Origin: a virus
DNA: 47,247 nt
Virus record (IMG/VR): IMGVR_UViG_3300003322_000883
Location: 1 to 47,247 of that record
Strand: one strand, 5' to 3'
The notes under the pieces were generated by a model. The model searched no databases. It was not told the origin of the DNA and saw nothing but the letters and a program-made list of their open reading frames with translations. Shown piece after piece: positions 31,795-39,866 of this stretch (the first letter of the stretch is position 1; every line of letters begins with the position of its first letter). Made by a program: the position numbers and the translations under genes.

Positions 31795-32142
31795 ATGTGC
31801 GTCGGCAAGACCGTCGACAACGCGCTGGGCAAGGCCGCGCAGCCCTTCGCGCCCGGCAAGCTCAAGAACTACGTGCCAACCCTGGGCGAGTCCGCGGACC
31901 CGCACTACTTCCGCACGAACGAAAAGGCCGATGCGCGCCACGAGGAGCTCGGTGTCGGTCAGCCCGACATCCCGGACCCGGTGACGCCGCCTGACATGCA
32001 AGAGGCGAAGGCGCCCGACTCCACGCTGCTCACGCGCAACCGCAAGGCCTACGGCAAGAACGCAGGCGGCACGCTGCTCACCGGCCCCTCGGGCGTGAGC
32101 CGCGTGTCCACCGCATTCGGCAGCACGCTGCTCGGGGGCTGA
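31795..32142 (+). CDS. Paralog of 31267..31458 with an N-terminal extension (MC..., IPDPVTPP, ...STLLGG)
   Basis: 'QPDIPDPVTPPDMQEAKAPDSTLLTRNRKAYGKNAGGTLLTGPSGVSRVSTAFGSTLLGG' aligns with the 63-aa protein along its whole length. Confidence 0.6.
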   Translation: MCVGKTVDNALGKAAQPFAPGKLKNYVPTLGESADPHYFRTNEKADARHEELGVGQPDIPDPVTPPDMQEAKAPDSTLLTRNRKAYGKNAGGTLLTGPSGVSRVSTAFGSTLLGG

Positions 32143-32144
32143 GC

Positions 32145-33812
32145 ATGGTCGACCAGCTCTCCCCGAAGCAGCTCAAGCTGCTGCGCAAGCAAAGCCTGTT
32201 CAACGAGCGCAGCAGCTGGATCATGCAGTGGCAGGACATCAGCCGCTACCAGCAGCCGCAGATGGGCCGGTTCCTGATGAGCGACCGCAACAAGGGCGGC
32301 AGTCGCTACAACAACATCTACGACAACACGGCGCTGTTCGCATCGCGCACGCTGGCCGCCGGGATGATGTCGGGCATGACGAGCCCGGCGCGCCCGTGGT
32401 TCCGTCTCACGCTCACCGACACCGACCTGCGCGAGTTCGGCCCGGTCAAGACCTGGCTGCACCGCACCGGTGTGTTGCTGCGCGAGGTGTTCGCTCGCTC
32501 GAACACCTACCGCGCGCTGCACGCCGGTTACCAGGAGCTGGGCCTCTTCGGCACCTGGGCCGATGCGGTGCTGCCCGACTTCCAGAACGTGATGCACCAC
32601 TACCCGATGACCATCGGGGAGTACGCCATCGGCACCGACCATCGTGGCGCGGCCAACACACTGGCGCGCGAGTACGAGATGACGGTGGGCGCCATCGCAG
32701 CGCAGTGGGGCACCTCGACCATGAGCGCAACGGTCAAGAACGCGTTCGACCGCAACCAGCTGGACCAGTGGGTGCCCATCATCCACGTCGTCGAGCCGAA
32801 CAAGAACCGCGATCCGCGCAAGCGCGACAACCACAACATGGCCTACAGCTCCTGCTACTTCGAGGCAGGACAGACGGGCGACGGCTTCCTGAGCGAGTCG
32901 GGGTTCAAGCGCTTCAACGTGCTGGCGCCGCGCTGGATGGTGACCGGCCAGGACATCTACGGCACGAGCCCGGGCATGGAAGCGCTCGGTGACGTGAAGC
33001 AGCTGCAGCACCAGCAGCTGCGCAAGTCGCAGGGCATCGACTACCAGACCAACCCGCCCATCCAGGTGCCCACGGCGTACAAGGACGCTGCGAAGAACCG
33101 CCTGCCCGGCGGTGTGATGTACGTCGACACGAACGCGCCGACCGGCGGCGTGCGCACGGCCTACGAGGTGCCGCTGCGCCTGGACTACCTGCTGGCCGAC
33201 ATCCAGGACGTGCGCGAGCGCATCCGCAGTGCCTACTACGCCGACCTCTTCCTCATGCTGGCCAACATGCCCGACAACGGGAAGATGACGGCCACCGAGG
33301 TTGCCGAGCGCCACGAGGAGAAGCTGCTCATGCTGGGCCCGGTGCTCGAGCGCCTGCACAACGAGCTGCTGTCCCCGTTGATTGACATGACGTTCGACTA
33401 CTGCGCCGAGGCCGGCATCCTGCCGCCCACGCCGCCGGAGCTGGGGGGCATCGACCTCAACATCGAGTTCGTGAGCACACTCGCGCAAGCGCAGCGCGCC
33501 GTGGCCGCGCAGGGCATGGACCGCCTGCTGGGCACGATCACCTCGCTGGTTCAGGTGTTCCCCGGCGCGCCCGACAAGATCGACATCGACCAGGCGATCG
33601 ACGACTTCGGCGAGGCCTACGGCGTCAACCCCGAGATCATCCGTTCGGACGACCAGGTGGCGGAGCTGCGCGAAGCCAACGCGCAGAAGCAGCAGCTCGC
33701 ACAGCAGGCCGGCGCCGCGCAGCCCATGGCCGACGCCGTGAAGACGGTGAGCGAGATCGACGCGGACAACCTCCAGAACGTGATGAGCAACTTCTCCGGC
33801 TACACGCAGTAG
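32145..33812 (+). CDS. Portal (head-tail connector, T7 gp8-like)
   Basis: 555 aa, downstream of terL and upstream of the scaffold and capsid genes. Motifs: 'WIMQWQDISRYQQP' and 'YDNTALFASRTLAAGMMSGMTSPARPWFRL'. Confidence 0.8.
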   Translation: MVDQLSPKQLKLLRKQSLFNERSSWIMQWQDISRYQQPQMGRFLMSDRNKGGSRYNNIYDNTALFASRTLAAGMMSGMTSPARPWFRLTLTDTDLREFGPVKTWLHRTGVLLREVFARSNTYRALHAGYQELGLFGTWADAVLPDFQNVMHHYPMTIGEYAIGTDHRGAANTLAREYEMTVGAIAAQWGTSTMSATVKNAFDRNQLDQWVPIIHVVEPNKNRDPRKRDNHNMAYSSCYFEAGQTGDGFLSESGFKRFNVLAPRWMVTGQDIYGTSPGMEALGDVKQLQHQQLRKSQGIDYQTNPPIQVPTAYKDAAKNRLPGGVMYVDTNAPTGGVRTAYEVPLRLDYLLADIQDVRERIRSAYYADLFLMLANMPDNGKMTATEVAERHEEKLLMLGPVLERLHNELLSPLIDMTFDYCAEAGILPPTPPELGGIDLNIEFVSTLAQAQRAVAAQGMDRLLGTITSLVQVFPGAPDKIDIDQAIDDFGEAYGVNPEIIRSDDQVAELREANAQKQQLAQQAGAAQPMADAVKTVSEIDADNLQNVMSNFSGYTQ

Positions 33813-33820
33813 CCGGGTGC

Positions 33821-33852
33821 GGGCGTTTAAGCGGTGTAGCAATCGCAAAAAT
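33821..33852 (+). promoter_or_regulatory. Late-promoter-like element 4 (GGGCGTTTAAG-N15-AAAAAT)
   Basis: The 11-mer variant lies at 33821-33831 and AAAAAT at 33847-33852, with the same spacing as the other copies. Confidence 0.4.
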
Positions 33853-33858
33853 GGCCGC

Positions 33859-34173
33859 GTGAATCAAACCACGACCGATCCGACGGACTTGCACCAGCAA
33901 CGGCTCGACGCCGAAGCCCGAGTGGCAGCGGAAGAGCTGGAGCGCAAGCAAGAGGCCGAGGACTGGAAGTGGCTGATGGCACACAAGGCGGGGCGCCGCC
34001 TGACGTGGAAGCTGTTGGCGGATTGCGGAGTGTTCCGCACGCCGTTCAACCACTCCGGGTCGATCACCGCCTTCAACTGCGGACGGCATGCCGTCGGGCT
34101 GGAGCTGCTGGGGTCGGTCATGGAACACGTACCGGACGCCCTCCACGTGATGCAGAAGGAGCACACCAAATGA
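33859..34173 (+). CDS. Conserved small head-module protein (Bbp19-like by recollection); start uncertain
   Basis: 'DWKWLMAHKAGRRLTWKLLADCGVFRTPF...AFNCGRHAVGLELL'. Possible starts are GTG 33859, the track start 33817, or ATG 33975. Confidence 0.5.
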   Translation: MNQTTTDPTDLHQQRLDAEARVAAEELERKQEAEDWKWLMAHKAGRRLTWKLLADCGVFRTPFNHSGSITAFNCGRHAVGLELLGSVMEHVPDALHVMQKEHTK

Positions 34174-34778
34174 GCGACGGCGCAAACCCCGCAGACACCA
34201 GCGCAGGGGCGGGCCCACAAGGTGGTGCTGATGGCGGAAACGCCGGAGGCGAGGGCACCCAGCCGAACACCCAGGGGCAACCCAACGGTGGGACGCAACC
34301 GAACACGCAGCAGGCCACGCAAGAGGTCGTCTACGAGTTCAAGACGCCCGATGGCATCGAGCTCGACAAGGCATCTGTCGACGAGTTCAAGGCCATCGCC
34401 AAGGACCTGAAGTTGCCCGCGGACGCGGCGCAGAAGGTGGTCGACCTCGCTGTCAAGCGCGAGGCCGCGAACCGGGAAGCGCACAAGACCATGGTCAAGG
34501 GATGGGCCGAGGAAGTGCAGAACGACAAGGAGCTGGGCGGCGACAAGCTGGACCAGACCCTGGCCACCTGCGCGAAGGCGATCAACCTGGGGCCGCCCGA
34601 GCTGAAGGAACTGCTCAACAACTCCGGGCTGGGCAACCACCCCGCAGTGGTGAAGTGGGCTTTCGCAATCGGCAAAGCACTGAGCGAGGACCGGTTCGTG
34701 GCCGCCCAAGGCGGCCAGACGAAGCCGCAGGGCGGCGCGGAAAACCGGCTTTACGACAAAACGCCCGCAACCGCGTAA
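34170..34778 (+). CDS. Scaffolding protein
   Basis: ATGA overlap with the upstream gene. It has a Gly/Gln-rich N-terminus and a helical charged body, and lies immediately before the major capsid gene. Confidence 0.6.
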   Translation: MSDGANPADTSAGAGPQGGADGGNAGGEGTQPNTQGQPNGGTQPNTQQATQEVVYEFKTPDGIELDKASVDEFKAIAKDLKLPADAAQKVVDLAVKREAANREAHKTMVKGWAEEVQNDKELGGDKLDQTLATCAKAINLGPPELKELLNNSGLGNHPAVVKWAFAIGKALSEDRFVAAQGGQTKPQGGAENRLYDKTPATA

Positions 34779-34790
34779 AGGACACGCACC

Positions 34791-35816
34791 ATGGCAACTC
34801 TCGGTTTGAACGGCAAGGTCACCCTGATGGACATCGCGCAAGCGATGGACCCGCAGGGCAAGATCGCCGACGTCGCGGAACTGCTCACGCAGTCCAATGA
34901 AATCCTGCTGGATATGCCCTGGTTCGAGGGCAACATGCCCACCGGCCACAAGGCCAGCGTGCGCACCGGCATCCCGTCGGCGGTGTGGCGCCAGTTCTAC
35001 CAAGGCGTGCCGCCGGTCAAGACCCAGCGCGCCCAGGTGCTCGACACCTGCGCCATCCTCGAGAACCGCACCGAGGTGGACAAGGACGAGGCCGACCTCA
35101 ACGGCAACGCCGCCGCCTTCCGCCTGAGCGAGGCCGCCGGCATCGTCGAGGGCATGAACCAGCAGATGGCCGCGGCGCTGTTCTACAGCGACACGAGCGC
35201 CAACCCTGAACGCATCCACGGCCTGGCCCCGCGCTTCTCTTCGCTGTCGACCGCCACCGCGGCCACCGCTGCGAACGTGATCAACGCGGGCGGCTCCGGC
35301 GCCGACAACTCCAGCATCTGGCTGGTGGGCTGGGGCAAGCTCAGCGCGCACGGCATCTACCCGAAGGGTTCGATGGCCGGCCTGCAGCACCATGACCTGG
35401 GCGTGATCGACGCCTTCGACTCGAACAACCAGCGCTTCCGCGCCTACGCGGACTGGTGGCAGTGGAAGTGCGGCCTGCACGTCAAGGACTGGCGCGGCAT
35501 CGTGCGCATCGCCAATATCGACATCTCCAACCTCGTCACCGAGACCGGCGCCGCGGACCTGGTGAAGCTGATGATCCGTGCGATGGCGCGCGTTCCGGCG
35601 GCGCTGCGCGGCAGCAACTTCGTGTTCTACGCGAACCGCACCGTCAAGGAAATGCTCAGCATCCAGGCCCTGAACAAGAGCCAGAACGCGCTGAGCATCG
35701 TGGAGGCGGCCCGCCAGTTCGGCGGCGTCACGGTCTCCATGCCCGAGCTGCGTTTCTTCGGCTACCCCGTGCGCACTGTCGACCAGCTGCTCACGACCGA
35801 AGCCGTGGTCAGCTGA
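34791..35816 (+). CDS. Major capsid protein (HK97-fold type)
   Basis: 341 aa. The position and size fit a major capsid protein. Motifs: 'LLDMPWFEGNMPTGHK', 'NSSIWLVGWG', 'VKDWRGIVRIANID'. Confidence 0.8.
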   Translation: MATLGLNGKVTLMDIAQAMDPQGKIADVAELLTQSNEILLDMPWFEGNMPTGHKASVRTGIPSAVWRQFYQGVPPVKTQRAQVLDTCAILENRTEVDKDEADLNGNAAAFRLSEAAGIVEGMNQQMAAALFYSDTSANPERIHGLAPRFSSLSTATAATAANVINAGGSGADNSSIWLVGWGKLSAHGIYPKGSMAGLQHHDLGVIDAFDSNNQRFRAYADWWQWKCGLHVKDWRGIVRIANIDISNLVTETGAADLVKLMIRAMARVPAALRGSNFVFYANRTVKEMLSIQALNKSQNALSIVEAARQFGGVTVSMPELRFFGYPVRTVDQLLTTEAVVS

Positions 35817-35834
35817 TCCCAAGGAGCCACAGAC

Positions 35835-36317
35835 ATGATTCTCGACCTGCAATCCATGTTCAGCGGCACGGTGGCCGCGGACGGCACCAAGACCGCCCAA
35901 GGTCCGGTGACGGCCACGGCCATCTCGACGAACGTCATCGACCTGCGCCAGCCCAACGGTGCGCCGACGGTCGTCGACAACGGCATCCTGGGCATCGATA
36001 TGTACCTGGTGGTGCAGACCATCCAGGCGTTCAACAACCTCACGTCGCTCACGATCACGCTCGAGTCGGACAGCACCGCCAACCTGGCCACCGCGCCGGT
36101 GGTGCACTTCAGCTCCGGCGCGATCCTGCTGGCCGCGCTCGTGGCCAACACCGTGCAGGTGCGCACGCTGCTGCCTTCGGGCAGCTACAAGCGCTACCTC
36201 GGCTTGCGCTACACGGTGACCGGCACCGCGCCGACCACCGGCACGGTCCTGGCCTACCTGACGCCGGACGCGCAACGCAACATCGCCTACCCGGGCGCCT
36301 ACACCCTCGACGTCTGA
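35835..36317 (+). CDS. Capsid decoration/cement protein (BPP-1 Bbp16-like jellyroll by recollection)
   Basis: AAGGAG lies upstream. 160 aa, directly after the capsid gene. Motif: 'YKRYLGLRYTVTGTAPTTGTVLAYL'. Confidence 0.5.
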   Translation: MILDLQSMFSGTVAADGTKTAQGPVTATAISTNVIDLRQPNGAPTVVDNGILGIDMYLVVQTIQAFNNLTSLTITLESDSTANLATAPVVHFSSGAILLAALVANTVQVRTLLPSGSYKRYLGLRYTVTGTAPTTGTVLAYLTPDAQRNIAYPGAYTLDV

Positions 36318-36333
36318 CCAGGAGACTGACCCC

Positions 36334-36594
36334 ATGCAAGTCATCGCAACCGCGCGCGGCTACGACAACCACAGCATTCGTGAGCCGGGCGAGCAGTTCG
36401 AGATGAACATCGATCCCGCCCTGTTCGAACTGCCCGAAGGCAAGGGCCGCCCCACCTGGCTGATGCCGGTGGGCGGCTACCCGAAGCCCAAGGCCGCGAA
36501 GCCGGGCAAGCCCGAGAAGGCCCCGGCGACGCTCGCCGAGGCCGCTCAGGAACAAGCGGGCTCGGTGGTGCAAGGGGCTCAAGACCTGGCCTGA
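36334..36594 (+). CDS. Hypothetical protein (86 aa) with a Lys/Pro-rich segment
   Basis: AGGAG lies upstream of ATG 36334. It is the last gene before a strong terminator. Confidence 0.55.
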   Translation: MQVIATARGYDNHSIREPGEQFEMNIDPALFELPEGKGRPTWLMPVGGYPKPKAAKPGKPEKAPATLAEAAQEQAGSVVQGAQDLA

Positions 36595-36615
36595 GCCCAG
36601 GCCGCACGCAACAAG

Positions 36616-36642
36616 AACCGGGGCGCTTGACGCCCCGGTTTT
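36616..36642 (+). terminator. Rho-independent terminator after the capsid module
   Basis: AACCGGGGCG-CTTGA-CGCCCCGGTT forms a perfect 10-bp stem running into TTTT. Confidence 0.8.
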
Positions 36643-36656
36643 CCTAGGAGCCCCAC

Positions 36657-36941
36657 ATGTTCATCACCTGCCCCACGACCGTCGGCCCGAACGCGCCGGA
36701 GCACAACGAGTACCAGGCGAACCCGATCACGCCGAACGATTCCGTGGACCTCGCGCGAGGCCCCGATGGCGGTGACTGCCGCGCCATCCAGGTGACCGGT
36801 GCGGGCAACGTGGCGGTCCAGCTGAGCGGTGGCGGCACGGCCACCTTGACCGGCCTGGCCGCCGGCCAGCGCGTGGTTGTCGGTGCGTCGCGCATCCTGG
36901 CGACGGGCACCACGGCCACCGGCATTTCCGCGCTCTACTGA
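36657..36941 (+). CDS. Small beta-rich virion-protein candidate (paralog A)
   Basis: AGGAG lies upstream. 'ITPNDS...RAIQVTGAGNVAVQLSGGGTATLTGLAAGQ...ATGTTATGISALY'. Confidence 0.55.
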   Translation: MFITCPTTVGPNAPEHNEYQANPITPNDSVDLARGPDGGDCRAIQVTGAGNVAVQLSGGGTATLTGLAAGQRVVVGASRILATGTTATGISALY

Positions 36942-36951
36942 GGAGCCGGCC

Positions 36952-37221
36952 ATGCCCCAGATTCCGTACAGCTTCGAGACGGTCCCGGCCAAGGACCTGA
37001 TCGCCATCACGCCGACCGACGGCGCCGGCAACCAGTGGGCGTTCCCCATCCGCGGCATCTACGTCGGTGGCGCGGGCAACATCTCGGTGCGCACGCTCGC
37101 CGGCAACGACGTGCTGCTCACTGGTGTGGTAGCGGGCACGATCCTGCAGATCGCCGCGCTGCGCGTCAACGCCACCACCGGCGGCGCCACCACGGCGACC
37201 AACCTCGTAGGTTTGGTGTGA
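36952..37221 (+). CDS. Small beta-rich virion-protein candidate (paralog B)
   Basis: GAGGAG lies upstream of ATG 36952. 'ITPTDG...RGIYVGGAGNISVRTLAGNDVLLTGVVAGT...GGATTATNLVGLV' aligns with paralog A. Confidence 0.55.
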   Translation: MPQIPYSFETVPAKDLIAITPTDGAGNQWAFPIRGIYVGGAGNISVRTLAGNDVLLTGVVAGTILQIAALRVNATTGGATTATNLVGLV

Positions 37222-37685
37222 CCGACGAGCTCTACCAGCCCGGCAACGGCCTGGACATCGGCGGCCAACGCACGCCGACGCTCGGGCCGAACCTTGCGCC
37301 CTTCGGGGACTTCGCATCGGGCGTCGGTGGCTTGCTCGCCTTCCTGGGTGCGACGGTTGCGAACGTGCTCAACGAACTGTTGATCACGCTCGCGGGCGGC
37401 TCGGGTGGTGCGTACTACGACTTCCCGGTGCAGGCCGGGCGCTGGGTGCAAATCTCGGTCGACGCGCGCCGCGTGACGGCCGCGCAGGCCGCCTTGCGCG
37501 TGTACGACGGCGCGAGCTTCGGCACGCAGCTGGCGGCGCAGACCACCACGTCGACCACCAACGTGCCGCTGGCAGTCCAGGTGGTGGCGCCTAGCGGTGT
37601 GCTCCGTGTCTACCTCGAGGCCAGCGGATCGGTCCTCAACACCGCCGCGTTCGACAACCTCGTGGTCTGCGAAATCCAGGGGTGA
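37218..37685 (+). CDS. Hypothetical tail-module protein (155 aa, possible jellyroll/CBM-like)
   Basis: GTG 37218 overlaps the upstream stop (GTGA). 'RWVQISVDARRVTAAQAALRVYDG...GVLRVYLEASG'. Confidence 0.5.
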   Translation: MTDELYQPGNGLDIGGQRTPTLGPNLAPFGDFASGVGGLLAFLGATVANVLNELLITLAGGSGGAYYDFPVQAGRWVQISVDARRVTAAQAALRVYDGASFGTQLAAQTTTSTTNVPLAVQVVAPSGVLRVYLEASGSVLNTAAFDNLVVCEIQG

Positions 37686-37873
37686 ACATGTTCGACAAGA
37701 TCATCAGCTTCTTGCGCCCCGCGCCCGTGGCTGCGGGGGCCGTTCACGACATCGAGGCGCTGGTCGCGCGCAGCCAAGAGCTCGGCCGCCAGATGGACGC
37801 ACTGCGCGAGCAGCGCCTGGTCCTGCGCCAGCAGATCGACGCGCTGATCGCGCAGAAGAACACGGGAGGCTGA
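37682..37873 (+). CDS. Small coiled-coil protein (63 aa)
   Basis: It overlaps the upstream stop. 'ALVARSQELGRQMDALREQRLVLRQQIDALIAQ'. Confidence 0.45.
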   Translation: MNMFDKIISFLRPAPVAAGAVHDIEALVARSQELGRQMDALREQRLVLRQQIDALIAQKNTGG

Positions 37874-37874
37874 C

Positions 37875-38295
37875 ATGGCATCCGGCATCTACGGCGCCGC
37901 CCTGAACAACATCGTCCGGGGCAACGTCGACCTGGACACCGACACCTTCTACGTGATGCTGACGACCTCGGGCTACACCGAGGACTTCGACACCCACGAC
38001 TTCCGCAACGACGTGACGAACGAAGTGAGCGGCACCGGCTACGCCGCAGGCGGCCAGGCCGTGACCGTCACGGTCAACGCCTACGACACCGTGAACAACC
38101 GCCTGGAAATCACGCTGGGTGGGGGGCTCGTGGGCCAGCAGCACGATCACGGCGCGCAAGGCCGTGTACTACAAGCGCCGCGGCGGTGCCTCGTCGGCCG
38201 ACGAGTTGATCGGCGTGAACGACTTCGGCAGCGATGTCGTGAGCTCCGGCGGCACCTTCACGCTCAACTCGTCCACCTTCCGCCTGCAGAACTGA
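37875..38295 (+). CDS. Tail-module protein (about 140 aa) interrupted by a +1 frame change at a G6 tract
   Basis: Frame 0 runs from ATG 37875 to the G run at 38121-38126. After it, the +1 frame has about 95% GC3 and reads 'SWASSTITARKAVYYKRRGGASSADELIGVNDFGSDVVSSGGTFTLNSSTFRLQN', ending at TGA 38293-38295, just before the next RBS. The frame-0 continuation is Arg-rich and has low GC3. Confidence 0.6.
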
Positions 38296-38305
38296 GGAGC
38301 ACACC

Positions 38306-39850
38306 ATGCCACTGACCGCTGCCGAGAAGGAAGAGCTTTTCACCAGCGTGGCGGCCGCGCTCAACGCGTTGCGGCTGGCCGCGGCGGTCATCATCGCCGA
38401 GATTCCGACCGCAGCGCCGACACCGGCGCCCGCTCCCGAACCGCCGCCCGCACCGGAGCCGCCACCTGCACCGACCTGGGTGCACGTCGCCAACGAGGGC
38501 GAGTCGTTCGCGCTGGAGGCCCCGGCACGTGTGCGTTACGGCGCAGACACGCGCTGGGCCGAGCTCGACCTGCCGGCCGGCACGATCGTTTGCGGCAACG
38601 CCCGGTTCGGCGACCCGGCCCAGGAAACGCCCAAGACCTGCCAGGTGCTGACCGTCGGGGCACCGCCGGCTCCCGCACCTGAACCGCCTCCGGCACCGGC
38701 ACCTGAACCCCCGCCCGCACCGCCCCCGGCGAGCACGCGGCCGGCGCTCTACTTCGCCGCCAGCGGCAGCAACAGCAACCCCGGCACCGCGGCCGCGCCC
38801 AAGCGCGACCTGTCCGGCGTCAACCTGAACGCGCTGCCGCCGACCGATCTCTACTTCGCCGTGGGCGACTCGTTCGCCTTCCCGTCGACCGTGCGGCTGA
38901 TGAACCCGAACGTCAGCAAGGCCAACCCGCTGCGCTTCCGCCGGTGGGGTGCTCTCACCGCGCGTGCGCGTTTCAGCTTCACGGGCCTGAACCACGGCTT
39001 CGAATGGGGCGAGTGGAACGACCCGCGCGCCTGGGAGGGCTACGAGTTCGAGGGCATCCACTTCGATGGCAACGGCGTGGGCAACTTCGGCCTGTGGCTG
39101 CGCGGCAACGTGGGCGCCGTGGTGATCGACGACTGCGAGGTGTCGAACTGGAAGTTCGGCATCGTCGGCCAGGCCGAGCAGCAGGCCCACGACGTGCGCA
39201 TCGTCGACTGCAACATCCATCACAACAGCGACATGGGTGCGCTGGGCAAGTTCACCGACTTCCTGTTCGAAGGCAACACGGTCGAGCGCAACAACTTCAC
39301 CGGCTCGATCTACAGCCACGGCACCTACTTCAGCTTCCTGAAGAACGCGGTGATCCGCGCGAACCACTACCTGCGCAACTCGGTGGTGCCGGTGGATGGC
39401 GTCGAGATCGGCCTGGGCGGGAACATGACGTTCCACGGCATGAACGACAACGTGCTGATCGAGCTCAACACGATCGAGCAGGACCGCTGCCGCGCCTACA
39501 TGATGTCGCTCACCCAGGGCTACGGTGCTCGCGCCGAGGGCTTCACGAACACGGTGGTGCGCAACAACCGCCTGATCAACCCTGGCCCGAACGGCATCAA
39601 CTGCCAGTCGGCCCCCGGCATCGTGGTCGAGGACAACCTGATCATCAACCGCCAGGGCACGAGCTGCACGGCGATCAGCGTCGGCCACACCGACTACCCG
39701 GACGGCGACCTCGTCGACGACGGCGCGATCGTGCGGCGCAACCGCTACCACCGCATGAACGGCAGCACCGGCACCTGCGCCTACGTGTTCCCGACCGCGA
39801 ACCCCGCAGTCAACACCGACAACCTCGTGCTCGACGGCGAGCCGGCCTGA
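38306..39850 (+). CDS. Second right-handed beta-helix protein (tailspike/depolymerase candidate) with two PAPEPPPAP linkers
   Basis: GAGGAG lies upstream. Linkers: 'PTPAPAPEPPPAPEPPPAP' and 'PPAPAPEPPPAPAPEPPPAPPP'. Beta-helix rungs: 'VVIDDCEVSNW', 'VRIVDCNIHHN', 'FLFEGNTVERNN', 'VVRNNRLIN', 'IVVEDNLIIN'. Confidence 0.7.
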   Translation: MPLTAAEKEELFTSVAAALNALRLAAAVIIAEIPTAAPTPAPAPEPPPAPEPPPAPTWVHVANEGESFALEAPARVRYGADTRWAELDLPAGTIVCGNARFGDPAQETPKTCQVLTVGAPPAPAPEPPPAPAPEPPPAPPPASTRPALYFAASGSNSNPGTAAAPKRDLSGVNLNALPPTDLYFAVGDSFAFPSTVRLMNPNVSKANPLRFRRWGALTARARFSFTGLNHGFEWGEWNDPRAWEGYEFEGIHFDGNGVGNFGLWLRGNVGAVVIDDCEVSNWKFGIVGQAEQQAHDVRIVDCNIHHNSDMGALGKFTDFLFEGNTVERNNFTGSIYSHGTYFSFLKNAVIRANHYLRNSVVPVDGVEIGLGGNMTFHGMNDNVLIELNTIEQDRCRAYMMSLTQGYGARAEGFTNTVVRNNRLINPGPNGINCQSAPGIVVEDNLIINRQGTSCTAISVGHTDYPDGDLVDDGAIVRRNRYHRMNGSTGTCAYVFPTANPAVNTDNLVLDGEPA

Positions 39851-39866
39851 GAGATGAGGCCATGAC

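Noticed and set aside
38415-38730. PAPEPPPAP-encoding repeats and the GCAACG array (28414-28520) as CRISPR-like or DGR template/variable repeats
   Set aside because: There is no regular repeat-spacer periodicity and no cas genes. No reverse transcriptase ORF (YxDD) occurs anywhere in the window. The Pro/Ala repeats are in-frame protein linkers.
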